Shown here in pieces: positions 55,749 to 64,000 of a stretch of 64,000 bases of DNA. The stretch is taken from the IMG/VR virus record IMGVR_UViG_3300031972_002446, positions 32,001 through 96,000 of that record; one strand, given 5' to 3'. The stretch is from a virus. The notes beneath the pieces were generated by a model. It was not told the origin of the DNA, ran no database searches, and saw only the letters and a program-made list of their open reading frames with translations. Position 1 is the stretch's first letter. Every line of letters begins with the position of its first letter. A program made the translations under genes and the position numbers.

Positions 55749-56387
55749 ATGAGCAAAAAAAAGCAGCAGAAACAACCTAAGGTTTCAGATGAACAATTTC
55801 TAGAAACCCTAGATATTATAACCAAAAAACTGGTATATAAATTCAGATTCGGCTACCATGATATAGAAGATATGAAACAGCAGGCAGCTGTTTTTGCTCT
55901 AGAAGGACTTAAAAAGTACGACCATTCTAGACCTTTAGAAAACTTTTTATGGACACATGTTAGAAATCGCCTTTTCAACTATAAACGAGATAATTACCAA
56001 AGACCAGATAAGCCTTGTTTAACGTGTCCTTTATACCAACCTAATGACGAGGTTTCTGATTGCGCTCAATTTAAAGATAAATTAAATTGTAATGCTTATA
56101 AAGTTTGGTTTAAAAGAAACGATAGCAAAAAGAATATTATGCAGCCATCTTATATTGATGGTAAAGATCCTCAAAATAAAAAAGACTTCTTAAGAGATAT
56201 TATGAATTCTGAGGTTATTGATCAGATCGAAGACACACTACCTATCAAATATAGAAATACATACTTAAAATTAAAACATGGTATGAAGGTTGCTAAAAAT
56301 GATAAAGTTAAATTACAAAATTATATTAAACGACGCTTTATAGACAAAAATAAGAATAAAGATAATAAGGATAATGAAAATGAGTAA
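55749..56387 (+). CDS. Phage RNA polymerase sigma factor-like protein with Cys insertion
   Basis: Region 2 pattern DIEDMKQQA..FALEGLKKYDHSRPLENFLWTHVRNRL; CLTC..C..C insert; LP.KYR region-4 start. Confidence 0.75.
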   Translation: MSKKKQQKQPKVSDEQFLETLDIITKKLVYKFRFGYHDIEDMKQQAAVFALEGLKKYDHSRPLENFLWTHVRNRLFNYKRDNYQRPDKPCLTCPLYQPNDEVSDCAQFKDKLNCNAYKVWFKRNDSKKNIMQPSYIDGKDPQNKKDFLRDIMNSEVIDQIEDTLPIKYRNTYLKLKHGMKVAKNDKVKLQNYIKRRFIDKNKNKDNKDNENE

Positions 56388-57201
56388 AAAAAGAGGTCAG
56401 TTATCATTATCAGAAGAAAAATATATAAAAGATAATGTGCATGATGTATCTATAGAACAAATAGCTGAACATTTAAATAGAAATACTGCTCCAGTTAAAA
56501 AATATATAGAAAAAAACAATCTTTTACAACCTAAAGAAGAGTTTGATGAAGTAGAAATATTAAAGATAAAATTAAGATCCAAATCTTTTTGGTCTGAGGT
56601 GTGTAAGCAATTTGATATAGATACTGGTGAGTTGAGTTATTTTGAAAATACTTGGGTTAATTTAATAAAGCAATTTAGAGAAGATGTTTTGCCAGCAGAA
56701 GAGTTGCAGATCAAACAGTTTATTACTATCGATATACTTATCAATCGAAGTATGAAGGAAAGAAAAAGACATATAGCAGAAACGACAAAACTACAGAAAA
56801 AAGTTGATTTTGAGTATGAAATACCAGAGGCGGATAGAGACACTGCTAAGCTAGCAAATCTTGAAACACAGTTGAGTTTTGCTAGAAATAGTATTGCTAG
56901 TTACACTAATGAATATACTAAGCTCCTTTCGGAACAACAAAAAATTAGTAAAGATCTTAAAGCAACAAGAGAACAGCGAATCAAACGTATTGAAGATGGT
57001 AAAAGCAGCTGGACGGGCCTTATTAGAATGCTAGAAGATGAAAGCATTAGAGAAAGCGAAGGTCGTCAGTTAGAAATTATGAAATTAGCTACTAAGCAAT
57101 TTAAAAATCAATTACAAGACGCTCATCAATATCAAGACGAAGAATACGATAGACCAATCCTTAACCACGAATCAGCTAAAAGAGAACAGGAAGATGCGTA
57201 G
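56374..57201 (+). CDS. HTH + coiled-coil protein, candidate terminase small subunit
   Basis: N-terminal SIEQIAEHLNR HTH; long helices; position upstream of TerL. Confidence 0.5.
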   Translation: MKMSKKRGQLSLSEEKYIKDNVHDVSIEQIAEHLNRNTAPVKKYIEKNNLLQPKEEFDEVEILKIKLRSKSFWSEVCKQFDIDTGELSYFENTWVNLIKQFREDVLPAEELQIKQFITIDILINRSMKERKRHIAETTKLQKKVDFEYEIPEADRDTAKLANLETQLSFARNSIASYTNEYTKLLSEQQKISKDLKATREQRIKRIEDGKSSWTGLIRMLEDESIRESEGRQLEIMKLATKQFKNQLQDAHQYQDEEYDRPILNHESAKREQEDA

Positions 57202-57457
57202 ATTTTATGATAATCAATATAAACAATGGATAAAGAAAATTTTTGCTAGAGACAGGCATAGCTGTCAGTGGCCTGGTTGTTCTAGCAGGAGAAAGCTTAA
57301 TGCCCACCATATCAAAAAATGGTCAGATTATCCAGGATTAAGATTCCATTTAGATAATGGTATTACTTTATGTAAACAGCATCATGATCTTATTAAAGAT
57401 AATGAAGAAAATTATGAAATGTTTTTCTTTAAGATAATAGGAGAGCATAAAAAATGA
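57194..57457 (+). CDS. HNH endonuclease (packaging-associated type)
   Basis: RDRHSCQWPGC, AHHI and NGITLCKQHH. Confidence 0.9.
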   Translation: MRRFYDNQYKQWIKKIFARDRHSCQWPGCSSRRKLNAHHIKKWSDYPGLRFHLDNGITLCKQHHDLIKDNEENYEMFFFKIIGEHKK

Positions 57458-58056
57458 TTATTTTACATGAACACAGGTTATGTTTCTTAGAAAAACCAAA
57501 GTGCGGTAGCAGATCTTTAGTTAGGGCTATCACTAGACCCTTACATAAACGCTGGAAGAAAGAAGATATTTTTGTTAGTAATAAAAATTTACATAACTTA
57601 AATTTCGACTATCACCATCCTAACTATTTACATGTTAATCTTCATGGAGCTATTACATATATTCAAGAAGTTAAAAAGCAAAATATTCAAGAATATACAT
57701 TTATATGTTTATTAAGAAATCCTATAGATTTATTTATTAGTTTATATTGTTATGATATGAATAGGCAGAATAATAGATATCATAAGTTTTCTTGTGTTGA
57801 AGATATGAGGAATACTATACATTATAAGATGTTTACAGACAATATATTTTTACATATGAGGGATTTTGTTAATATAAAATTCTTTTCTTTACATAATACT
57901 GACTCTCTTATAGATTATTTATTTATGAAGCATAGAATTCCTATAAGGTTTCCTACTATTAATGTTAATCAAAATAAAAAGGAGTTAGATATTTCAGACT
58001 TGAAAGATCAAATTTTACAGGATTTCCCCATATATAATACTTTGTATGGTCAATAA
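57454..58056 (+). CDS. Sulfotransferase family 2-like protein
   Basis: PKCGSRS and LRNPIDLFISLY. Confidence 0.75.
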   Translation: MIILHEHRLCFLEKPKCGSRSLVRAITRPLHKRWKKEDIFVSNKNLHNLNFDYHHPNYLHVNLHGAITYIQEVKKQNIQEYTFICLLRNPIDLFISLYCYDMNRQNNRYHKFSCVEDMRNTIHYKMFTDNIFLHMRDFVNIKFFSLHNTDSLIDYLFMKHRIPIRFPTINVNQNKKELDISDLKDQILQDFPIYNTLYGQ

Positions 58057-58729
58057 AACCTATATATATAATTTATTACTTTCTTCATATTTTATCAATT
58101 ACAATAAAGACGAATATGTTTGCTCCTTAGACATGGAACAAGGCTTGGCTTTGTATTTGTTTACATATTCTAAAGAGTTATTTCTTTTACAAAAACAACG
58201 TCTAACAGACCCTTCTATTATTATTGATGACTATAGCTTTTTAAATATATCATCTTATCTTGTTAGTAAATTAAGTAATGTTGAATCTATACAAAGACAT
58301 GAAAATCTCATCACATTTAATTATTTAAATCTTTATAATTATAAGATTATGCATAGAACTTACGCTATTAAACAAAACACAATATATAATAATATACCTG
58401 TAGATTTCACATATAATGGGATAAGTTTTAAAACCCCTCGTGTAGATGATGTAATTAGTTATTATTTTTATCAGTATATTAAATATAAATTTAATTTAGA
58501 GTTTTTATTGTATTCCTGTTTATTAATTACTTTATACCATAATTCAATTAAAAACAATAATATTTTGACCAATTTATTGCAGTACGGGGTAAGTATCAAG
58601 AGAGGCTTTAAGAATATTAAGAAAGATATGAGTGTCATAAACTTTCAAATTATTAAAGGTTTTAATATAGATGATCAGGTGGTACAAGAACGAGTGGGAT
58701 CCTTAGTGGATTTTTGTTATGACTTCTAA
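58046..58729 (+). CDS. AT-rich hypothetical protein
   Basis: 227-aa ORF overlapping both neighbours; no motif recognised. Confidence 0.5.
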   Translation: MVNKTYIYNLLLSSYFINYNKDEYVCSLDMEQGLALYLFTYSKELFLLQKQRLTDPSIIIDDYSFLNISSYLVSKLSNVESIQRHENLITFNYLNLYNYKIMHRTYAIKQNTIYNNIPVDFTYNGISFKTPRVDDVISYYFYQYIKYKFNLEFLLYSCLLITLYHNSIKNNNILTNLLQYGVSIKRGFKNIKKDMSVINFQIIKGFNIDDQVVQERVGSLVDFCYDF

Positions 58730-59189
58730 TGAGAAAAAATATAGTTTTAATGTTATTATAGACACCAGAGAACAGAAGCCTTGGGCTTTTGCTGGTTGTG
58801 AAACTATTAATAAAAAATTAGATACTGGAGATTATTCCATTGAAGGCTTAGAGAATCTATTATGTATAGAAAGAAAAAATAGCGTTAGCGAAATAGCTAA
58901 TAATATATCAGAAGCTAGATTTAAAGCTGAAATACTTAGAATGCAAGATTACTTATATAAGTTTATATTGCTAGAGTTTAGTTTACAAGATATTTTAAAT
59001 TATCCCAAAGGATCATCAGTACCTAGACATATGTGGAATAAAATTAAAATAAGACCTGCTTTTATCTTAAAGTATATCACAGAACTTCAAACTAAACATA
59101 ATATCAATGTAGTATTTTGTGACAACCCTCAGGCCGCTAACCAAATGGCCTTTTCAATTATTAAGAGAGTGAATGAATCTCATGGATAA
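58719..59189 (+). CDS. ERCC4-domain nuclease
   Basis: IDTREQKP, GDYS and IERK motifs. Confidence 0.9.
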   Translation: MTSNEKKYSFNVIIDTREQKPWAFAGCETINKKLDTGDYSIEGLENLLCIERKNSVSEIANNISEARFKAEILRMQDYLYKFILLEFSLQDILNYPKGSSVPRHMWNKIKIRPAFILKYITELQTKHNINVVFCDNPQAANQMAFSIIKRVNESHG

Positions 59190-61209
59190 TATTAATAATA
59201 ACTACCTAGACAATGCATGGCTTAACTTAGGAAACATTAACGATATTAAGATTGATAAAAATCTAATGATACGTCGTTCTAAAAAAGAAATAGAAAATCC
59301 TGACAGACATCTTATCAATATTATTAAAGATCCAGCCAATTTCAGCATGACGGCCAAATTGTTAATGAATATTGAATTACATCCGATTCAAGCAGCTATT
59401 TTGCAAGAATTTTGGGATCGGCCATTTCCTATGTTTATAGCTAGTCGTGGTTTTGGTAAATCTTTTTTATTAGCTCTTTATTGTACTTTAAAATGTATAT
59501 TTGTTCCAGGTAGTAAAATAGTTGTCGTCGGGGCTGCTTTTAGACAGAGTAAAGTTATTTTTGAATATATGGAAACCATATGGAGAAAATCTGCTATTAT
59601 ACGTAGTATTTTCAATGGTAATGATGATGGTCCAAGAAGAGATGTTGATAGATGTACTATGAGATACGGAGATAGCTGGACAATAGCTATTCCTTTGGGT
59701 GATGGTAGTAAGATTAGAGGTTTAAGAGCTCATATCATTATTGCTGATGAATTTGCATCTATTTCACCAGATGTATATGAAACGGTAGTATCTGGTTTTG
59801 CTGCTGTTTCTGCAGATCCTATGGGTAACGTCAAAGCAGAAGCTAAAAAAGAACTTATGAAAGAGCTCGGTATGTGGAATGAAGAAATGGAAACTTTACA
59901 ACATCGTAAAAGTAATCAGGCTATAATAGCAGGTACTGCTGATTACAGCTTTAAACACTTTGCTCAGTATTGGGAGCGATATAGATCTATTATTCATAGT
60001 TTAGGAGAAGAATCAAAACTTCAAGAAATTTTTAAAGGCGAGGTGCCACAAAACTTTAACTGGCAAGATTATAGTATTGTTAGAATGCCATACGAACTTA
60101 TACCTAAAGGTTTTATGGATGATAGGCAAGTAGCTAGAGCTAAAGCGACTATACATAGCGGTATTTATAATATGGAATATGCTGCATGTTTTACTAAAGA
60201 TAGTAGTGGTTTTTTCAAAAGAAGTTTGATTGAGAGTTGTGTTGTTGGTAATAAAAATCCTGTTGTGATTAATGAAGAACCTATTATTTTCGACGCTAAA
60301 ATAAAAGGCGATCCAGATAAAAAATATGTATATGGTATTGACCCAGCTAGTGAGCAAGATAATTTTAGTATAGTAGTATTAGAATTACAACCAAATCATT
60401 CTAGAGTTGTGTATGTGTGGACTACAAATAGAAAAAATTTCAAGAAAAGACAAAATACAGGATTAGTTAATGAGAACGATTTTTATGGTTTTTGCTCTAG
60501 AAAAATTCGAGACTTAATGAAAGTATTTCCGTGTGAAAGAATAGCCTTAGATGCTCAGGGTGGTGGTGTTGCTATTGAAGAAGCTCTACATGATACTAAT
60601 AAATTACAAAGCAATGAACTACCTATATGGCCAATTATTGAAGCAAAATCGAAGGATACGGATTTTAAATCAGGATTGCATATTTTGCAGTTAATACAAT
60701 TTGCTAGATCAGATTGGACTAGCCAAGCTAATCATGGTTTGAGAAAAGACTTAGAAGATAAAGTTTTATTATTTCCTCAGTTCGATAATCTTACTTTAGG
60801 TTTAGCTATGGAAAAAGAATCTCAAGATATTACAAGAGATGATATTGATCCTATATATGATACTCTTAGTGAATGTATTTTAGAAATAGAAGAATTAAAA
60901 AATGAGTTAACTACCATAGTAATGTCTCAAACTAGTAATAGTCCTGGTGCCAGAGAAAGATGGGATACTCCAGATATTAAAGGTGTTCATGCCAAACGAG
61001 GTAAACTACGAAAAGACCGTTATAGCTCCTTAATTATGGCTAATTCAGTAGCCAGAGCAATTAATAGAGCAGACACACCAGTTGAGTTCGAGGTTATCGG
61101 GGGTGTTGATGGAGTCTATAGATCTGACGAGAAAACTTTATATAAAGGGCCCGGATGGTTTACCGAAGGCGGTAATGACGATATTTATCTTGGAATTTAT
61201 AAAAAATAG
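59173..61209 (+). CDS. terL: Terminase large subunit
   Basis: Walker A ASRGFGKS, Walker B IIIADEF, MEY.A.F, RNase H-like YGIDPA...DNF and KDRYS. Confidence 0.93.
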   Translation: MNLMDNINNNYLDNAWLNLGNINDIKIDKNLMIRRSKKEIENPDRHLINIIKDPANFSMTAKLLMNIELHPIQAAILQEFWDRPFPMFIASRGFGKSFLLALYCTLKCIFVPGSKIVVVGAAFRQSKVIFEYMETIWRKSAIIRSIFNGNDDGPRRDVDRCTMRYGDSWTIAIPLGDGSKIRGLRAHIIIADEFASISPDVYETVVSGFAAVSADPMGNVKAEAKKELMKELGMWNEEMETLQHRKSNQAIIAGTADYSFKHFAQYWERYRSIIHSLGEESKLQEIFKGEVPQNFNWQDYSIVRMPYELIPKGFMDDRQVARAKATIHSGIYNMEYAACFTKDSSGFFKRSLIESCVVGNKNPVVINEEPIIFDAKIKGDPDKKYVYGIDPASEQDNFSIVVLELQPNHSRVVYVWTTNRKNFKKRQNTGLVNENDFYGFCSRKIRDLMKVFPCERIALDAQGGGVAIEEALHDTNKLQSNELPIWPIIEAKSKDTDFKSGLHILQLIQFARSDWTSQANHGLRKDLEDKVLLFPQFDNLTLGLAMEKESQDITRDDIDPIYDTLSECILEIEELKNELTTIVMSQTSNSPGARERWDTPDIKGVHAKRGKLRKDRYSSLIMANSVARAINRADTPVEFEVIGGVDGVYRSDEKTLYKGPGWFTEGGNDDIYLGIYKK

Positions 61210-61266
61210 TGTATTATAAAAATATAAACGCATACAATCCTATTGCAATGGAAATACAATTAAATT

Positions 61267-63465
61267 ATGAGTAAAAAATATCCTAAAAGTGATGCTATCG
61301 AAGACGCCATAACAGAACAGGAAGAGCTATATGTAACTTGGGGAGAAGATTTAGAATCTAAACAGCAAGCTCTAGGGGAATCATCGAAATCTATTACTGA
61401 GTTTGAAGGAATACACAAAACTACTGGTTATGCTAGATATAGTAGAGACTTTTCTAATTTAGGAGAAAACCTTTCCGGTAGACCAGGACTAAGTCGATCG
61501 GATTATGATTATTTTAGACCTAACGAAGCTGTTCCTGTTAGACTAAAAAATATTATTAAAACAGCGGATACTATTTATCAACGGGTTGGTTTAGTTAAAA
61601 ATGTCATTGATTTGATGGGTGATTTTAGCTCACAAGGTATCAGGCTTGTTCACAGAAACAAAAGAATAGAAAGATTTTACACAAATTGGTTTGATAAAAT
61701 TGGAGGTACTGAAAGAAGCGAAAGATTTTTAAATAATTTGTATAGAGTTGGGAATGTTGTTATCAATAGACAAACAGCTAAAATAGGTAAAAAGACAGAG
61801 GATCAACTTTATAAAGCTGCTGGGGAAGCAGATATTCGTATAGAACAGGAAACTATTAACCGTAAAGAGATACCTTGGAGATATACTTTTATAGATCCTT
61901 TCTATGTTGATATTATGGGAGAAAGTCTGTCTTCTTTTGTTGGTAAAAAAAGTTATGCAATATCATTACCAGCTCAATTAAGAAAAACTATTAACAGTCC
62001 AAAAAATGCTGTAGAGAAACAAATAGTTTCAGAATTACCAGAAGATATAATTTTAGCAGCTAAAAATAAAACATTATACCCTCTTAGTCCAGACAAGACT
62101 TTGGTGTTTCATTATAAAAAAGATGATTGGCAAAATTGGGCATATCCTATGATTTATGCTATCATGGATGATATTAATATTATCGAAAAACTTAAGCTTG
62201 CAGATTTAGCAGCTCTAGATGGCGCTATTTCTAATATAAGAATTTTCAAACTAGGTAATCTCGAACATAAAATTGCTCCTACTAAAGCAGCTGCGGCTAA
62301 GTTATCTAATATCTTACAGAATAATGTTGGTGGAGGCACAATGGATTTAATTTGGGGTCCAGATATAGAGCTAATAGAATCAAAAACTAATGTACATCAA
62401 TTTTTAGGAGAAGCAAAATACACTCCTCATTTAAATAGTGTTTATGCTGGTCTTGGTATACCCCCGACTCTTACAGGTACTTATGGTGCTGCTGGGACAA
62501 CTAATAATTTCATCAGTCTTAAAACACTTACCCAAAGACTAGAATATGGTCGTCAGATTCTAAAGCAATTTTGGATAAAAGAGATTGAAAATGTGCAAAA
62601 GGCTATGGGTTTTAGATATCCAGCCAAAATTGAATTCGATAGAATGGATTTAAGTAATGAAGATGCTGAAAAGGCTTTATTGATACAGCTATCTGATCGT
62701 AATCTGGTTAGCGAGGAGTTGGTGCAAACTAGGTTTGGATTTGATGCTGATATGGAAAGTCTCCGAATTGCTAGAGAACAAAAAGAAAGAGACAATGCTA
62801 AGAGACCTAGTAAAGCTGGCCCATTTCATGAAGCTGATTTTGAAAACAGTCTCAAAAAGATTGTCTTGCAAAGTGGCATGGCAACACCTAGTGAGGTTGG
62901 TTTAGATCTAAAGTCGAAAAAAAGAGGTCAAAAGAATCTATATGAATTAAAGAACGAAAAGCCTTCTTCACCAGAAACCACAACGAAGTTGGTAAAAGAT
63001 TCGCCAGAATCTTTACCAGGTGTTCCGGGTGAGGGAAGACCTAAGTTGTCAAAAGACACAAAGAAACGAAAAAGCAAAACCTTTAAACCCCGAACAGGAG
63101 CTACTTTAGATATATGGGCTCAAGACGCTCAAGATAAAATTAGCGCTATTGTAAACCCCTTAATTTTAGATTATTACAAGAAGAAAAATCTGAGGTCTTT
63201 ATCTAGTGAGGAGTTCAAAAACTTAGAGTATGTTAAAACTCAAACTCTCTTTGCATTAAATCCATTTTCTAATATTGACGAGGAAAAAATTTCAGCTAAT
63301 ATAAAAAATGTACACAATAATAATACCAAAAAACATATAATGGGGTATGAATATTGGTTGAAGGCTATTGGTAATGATCTTGATCGTTCTTTGACTATTG
63401 AAGAGCAAAAGATTGTTAAATCTGTCTATTATTCAACCATTCACCATAAAGAGAGTGTTTTATGA
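61267..63465 (+). CDS. Portal protein
   Basis: Directly follows TerL; LVKNVIDLM.DF, helical clip/stem pattern and LGIPP.L motif. Confidence 0.8.
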   Translation: MSKKYPKSDAIEDAITEQEELYVTWGEDLESKQQALGESSKSITEFEGIHKTTGYARYSRDFSNLGENLSGRPGLSRSDYDYFRPNEAVPVRLKNIIKTADTIYQRVGLVKNVIDLMGDFSSQGIRLVHRNKRIERFYTNWFDKIGGTERSERFLNNLYRVGNVVINRQTAKIGKKTEDQLYKAAGEADIRIEQETINRKEIPWRYTFIDPFYVDIMGESLSSFVGKKSYAISLPAQLRKTINSPKNAVEKQIVSELPEDIILAAKNKTLYPLSPDKTLVFHYKKDDWQNWAYPMIYAIMDDINIIEKLKLADLAALDGAISNIRIFKLGNLEHKIAPTKAAAAKLSNILQNNVGGGTMDLIWGPDIELIESKTNVHQFLGEAKYTPHLNSVYAGLGIPPTLTGTYGAAGTTNNFISLKTLTQRLEYGRQILKQFWIKEIENVQKAMGFRYPAKIEFDRMDLSNEDAEKALLIQLSDRNLVSEELVQTRFGFDADMESLRIAREQKERDNAKRPSKAGPFHEADFENSLKKIVLQSGMATPSEVGLDLKSKKRGQKNLYELKNEKPSSPETTTKLVKDSPESLPGVPGEGRPKLSKDTKKRKSKTFKPRTGATLDIWAQDAQDKISAIVNPLILDYYKKKNLRSLSSEEFKNLEYVKTQTLFALNPFSNIDEEKISANIKNVHNNNTKKHIMGYEYWLKAIGNDLDRSLTIEEQKIVKSVYYSTIHHKESVL

Positions 63466-64000
63466 TAATATATCAGCAAGAATACGATGACGGTGTCGAT
63501 GAAATTATATCGGCCAATGCATCTTTAGCATACATAACAGAAGCTCAACCATGCCTAAGAAAAGATATCGAGCTAGCAAAAGCAAACATCAATAATAATC
63601 AAACTATTGCTGCATTAAATGATGAAGATCTTTATTATGTACAATCTATTTTAGTGTCATCTTCTTGGAATAAAAATGATGATATTTTTGATAAATCTGA
63701 GGTCTGGGCAGCTAAGGCCACACCAGAAGACAAACCAACTAACTTAGAGCATGACGAAGATCAAATTGTGGGACATATTGTTTCCAATTGGCCTATAGAT
63801 ATAGATGGCAATACTTTACCAGAGAGTACAGGTTTGGAAGCATTACCTGAAAAATTTCATATCGTCACAGGCTCCGTAATTTATCGTAATTTTTCTAATC
63901 CTGATCTTAAAGAAAGAGCTGAAAATCTTATTCAGGAAATTAAAAGTGGAAAAAAATATGTAAGCATGGAGTGTTATTTTAACAACTTTGATTATGGTCT
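63462..64000 (+). CDS. Partial CDS, prohead protease-like
   Basis: ATGA overlap with portal; MIIYQQEY...NKNDDIF...KPTNLEH..IVGHI...VSMECYF (His/Ser of an HK97/herpes-type protease); truncated by window end. Confidence 0.75.
   Translation, partial: MIIYQQEYDDGVDEIISANASLAYITEAQPCLRKDIELAKANINNNQTIAALNDEDLYYVQSILVSSSWNKNDDIFDKSEVWAAKATPEDKPTNLEHDEDQIVGHIVSNWPIDIDGNTLPESTGLEALPEKFHIVTGSVIYRNFSNPDLKERAENLIQEIKSGKKYVSMECYFNNFDYG

Noticed and set aside
49365-62871. Minus-strand ORFs inside the rightward arm (e.g. 49365, 52178, 54706, 60013, 62553)
   Set aside because: Antisense to clear genes; only 55342-55533 was kept.
59173-63465. Intron or intein in terminase or portal
   Set aside because: Continuous ORFs; no intein C...HN motif or LAGLIDADG insert seen.
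1-64000. Stop-codon reassignment
   Set aside because: Conserved genes are full length in the standard code and end in TAA, TAG or TGA; no suppressor tRNA.

Overview
AT-rich (about 30% GC by eye) segment of a large tailed dsDNA bacteriophage. The host is very likely a planctomycete: the window carries DUF1549/DUF1553 and DUF1501 genes, a planctomycete-type ferredoxin and Cys/Pro-rich secreted proteins. Genes at 1-48.8 kb lie almost all on the minus strand and genes at 49-64 kb on the plus strand. (1) 1-28 kb: DNA ligase, UV endonuclease, ThyX, HhH glycosylase, trypsin-like protease, tmRNA, many glycosyl-, sulfo- and methyltransferases, and a PSCyt1-DUF1549-DUF1553 / sulfotransferase / DUF1501 / ferredoxin operon. 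(2) 28-47 kb: a pre-early/early-like region of short transcription units with strong sigma70-type promoters, three tRNAs (Lys-UUU, Ile-UAU, Arg-UCU) and three unexplained structured RNA candidates. Its spacers carry several repeated DNA motifs: eight sigma54-type -24/-12 boxes, a GC-box roughly every kb, a gapless 49-bp repeat, paired IHF-like palindromes and a Fur box. (3) 47-64 kb: a GIY-YIG+HNH nuclease, a duplicated module of a beta-rich protein plus a CXCXC cysteine-repeat protein, a phage sigma factor, HNH and ERCC4 nucleases, terminase large subunit, portal and the start of a prohead protease. The best candidates for an undescribed system are the sigma54/GC-box array in the putative first-injected DNA, the phage-borne DUF1549/DUF1553-DUF1501 envelope module and the tRNA-shaped ncRNAs. 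All calls come from manual motif recognition; no database searches were run.
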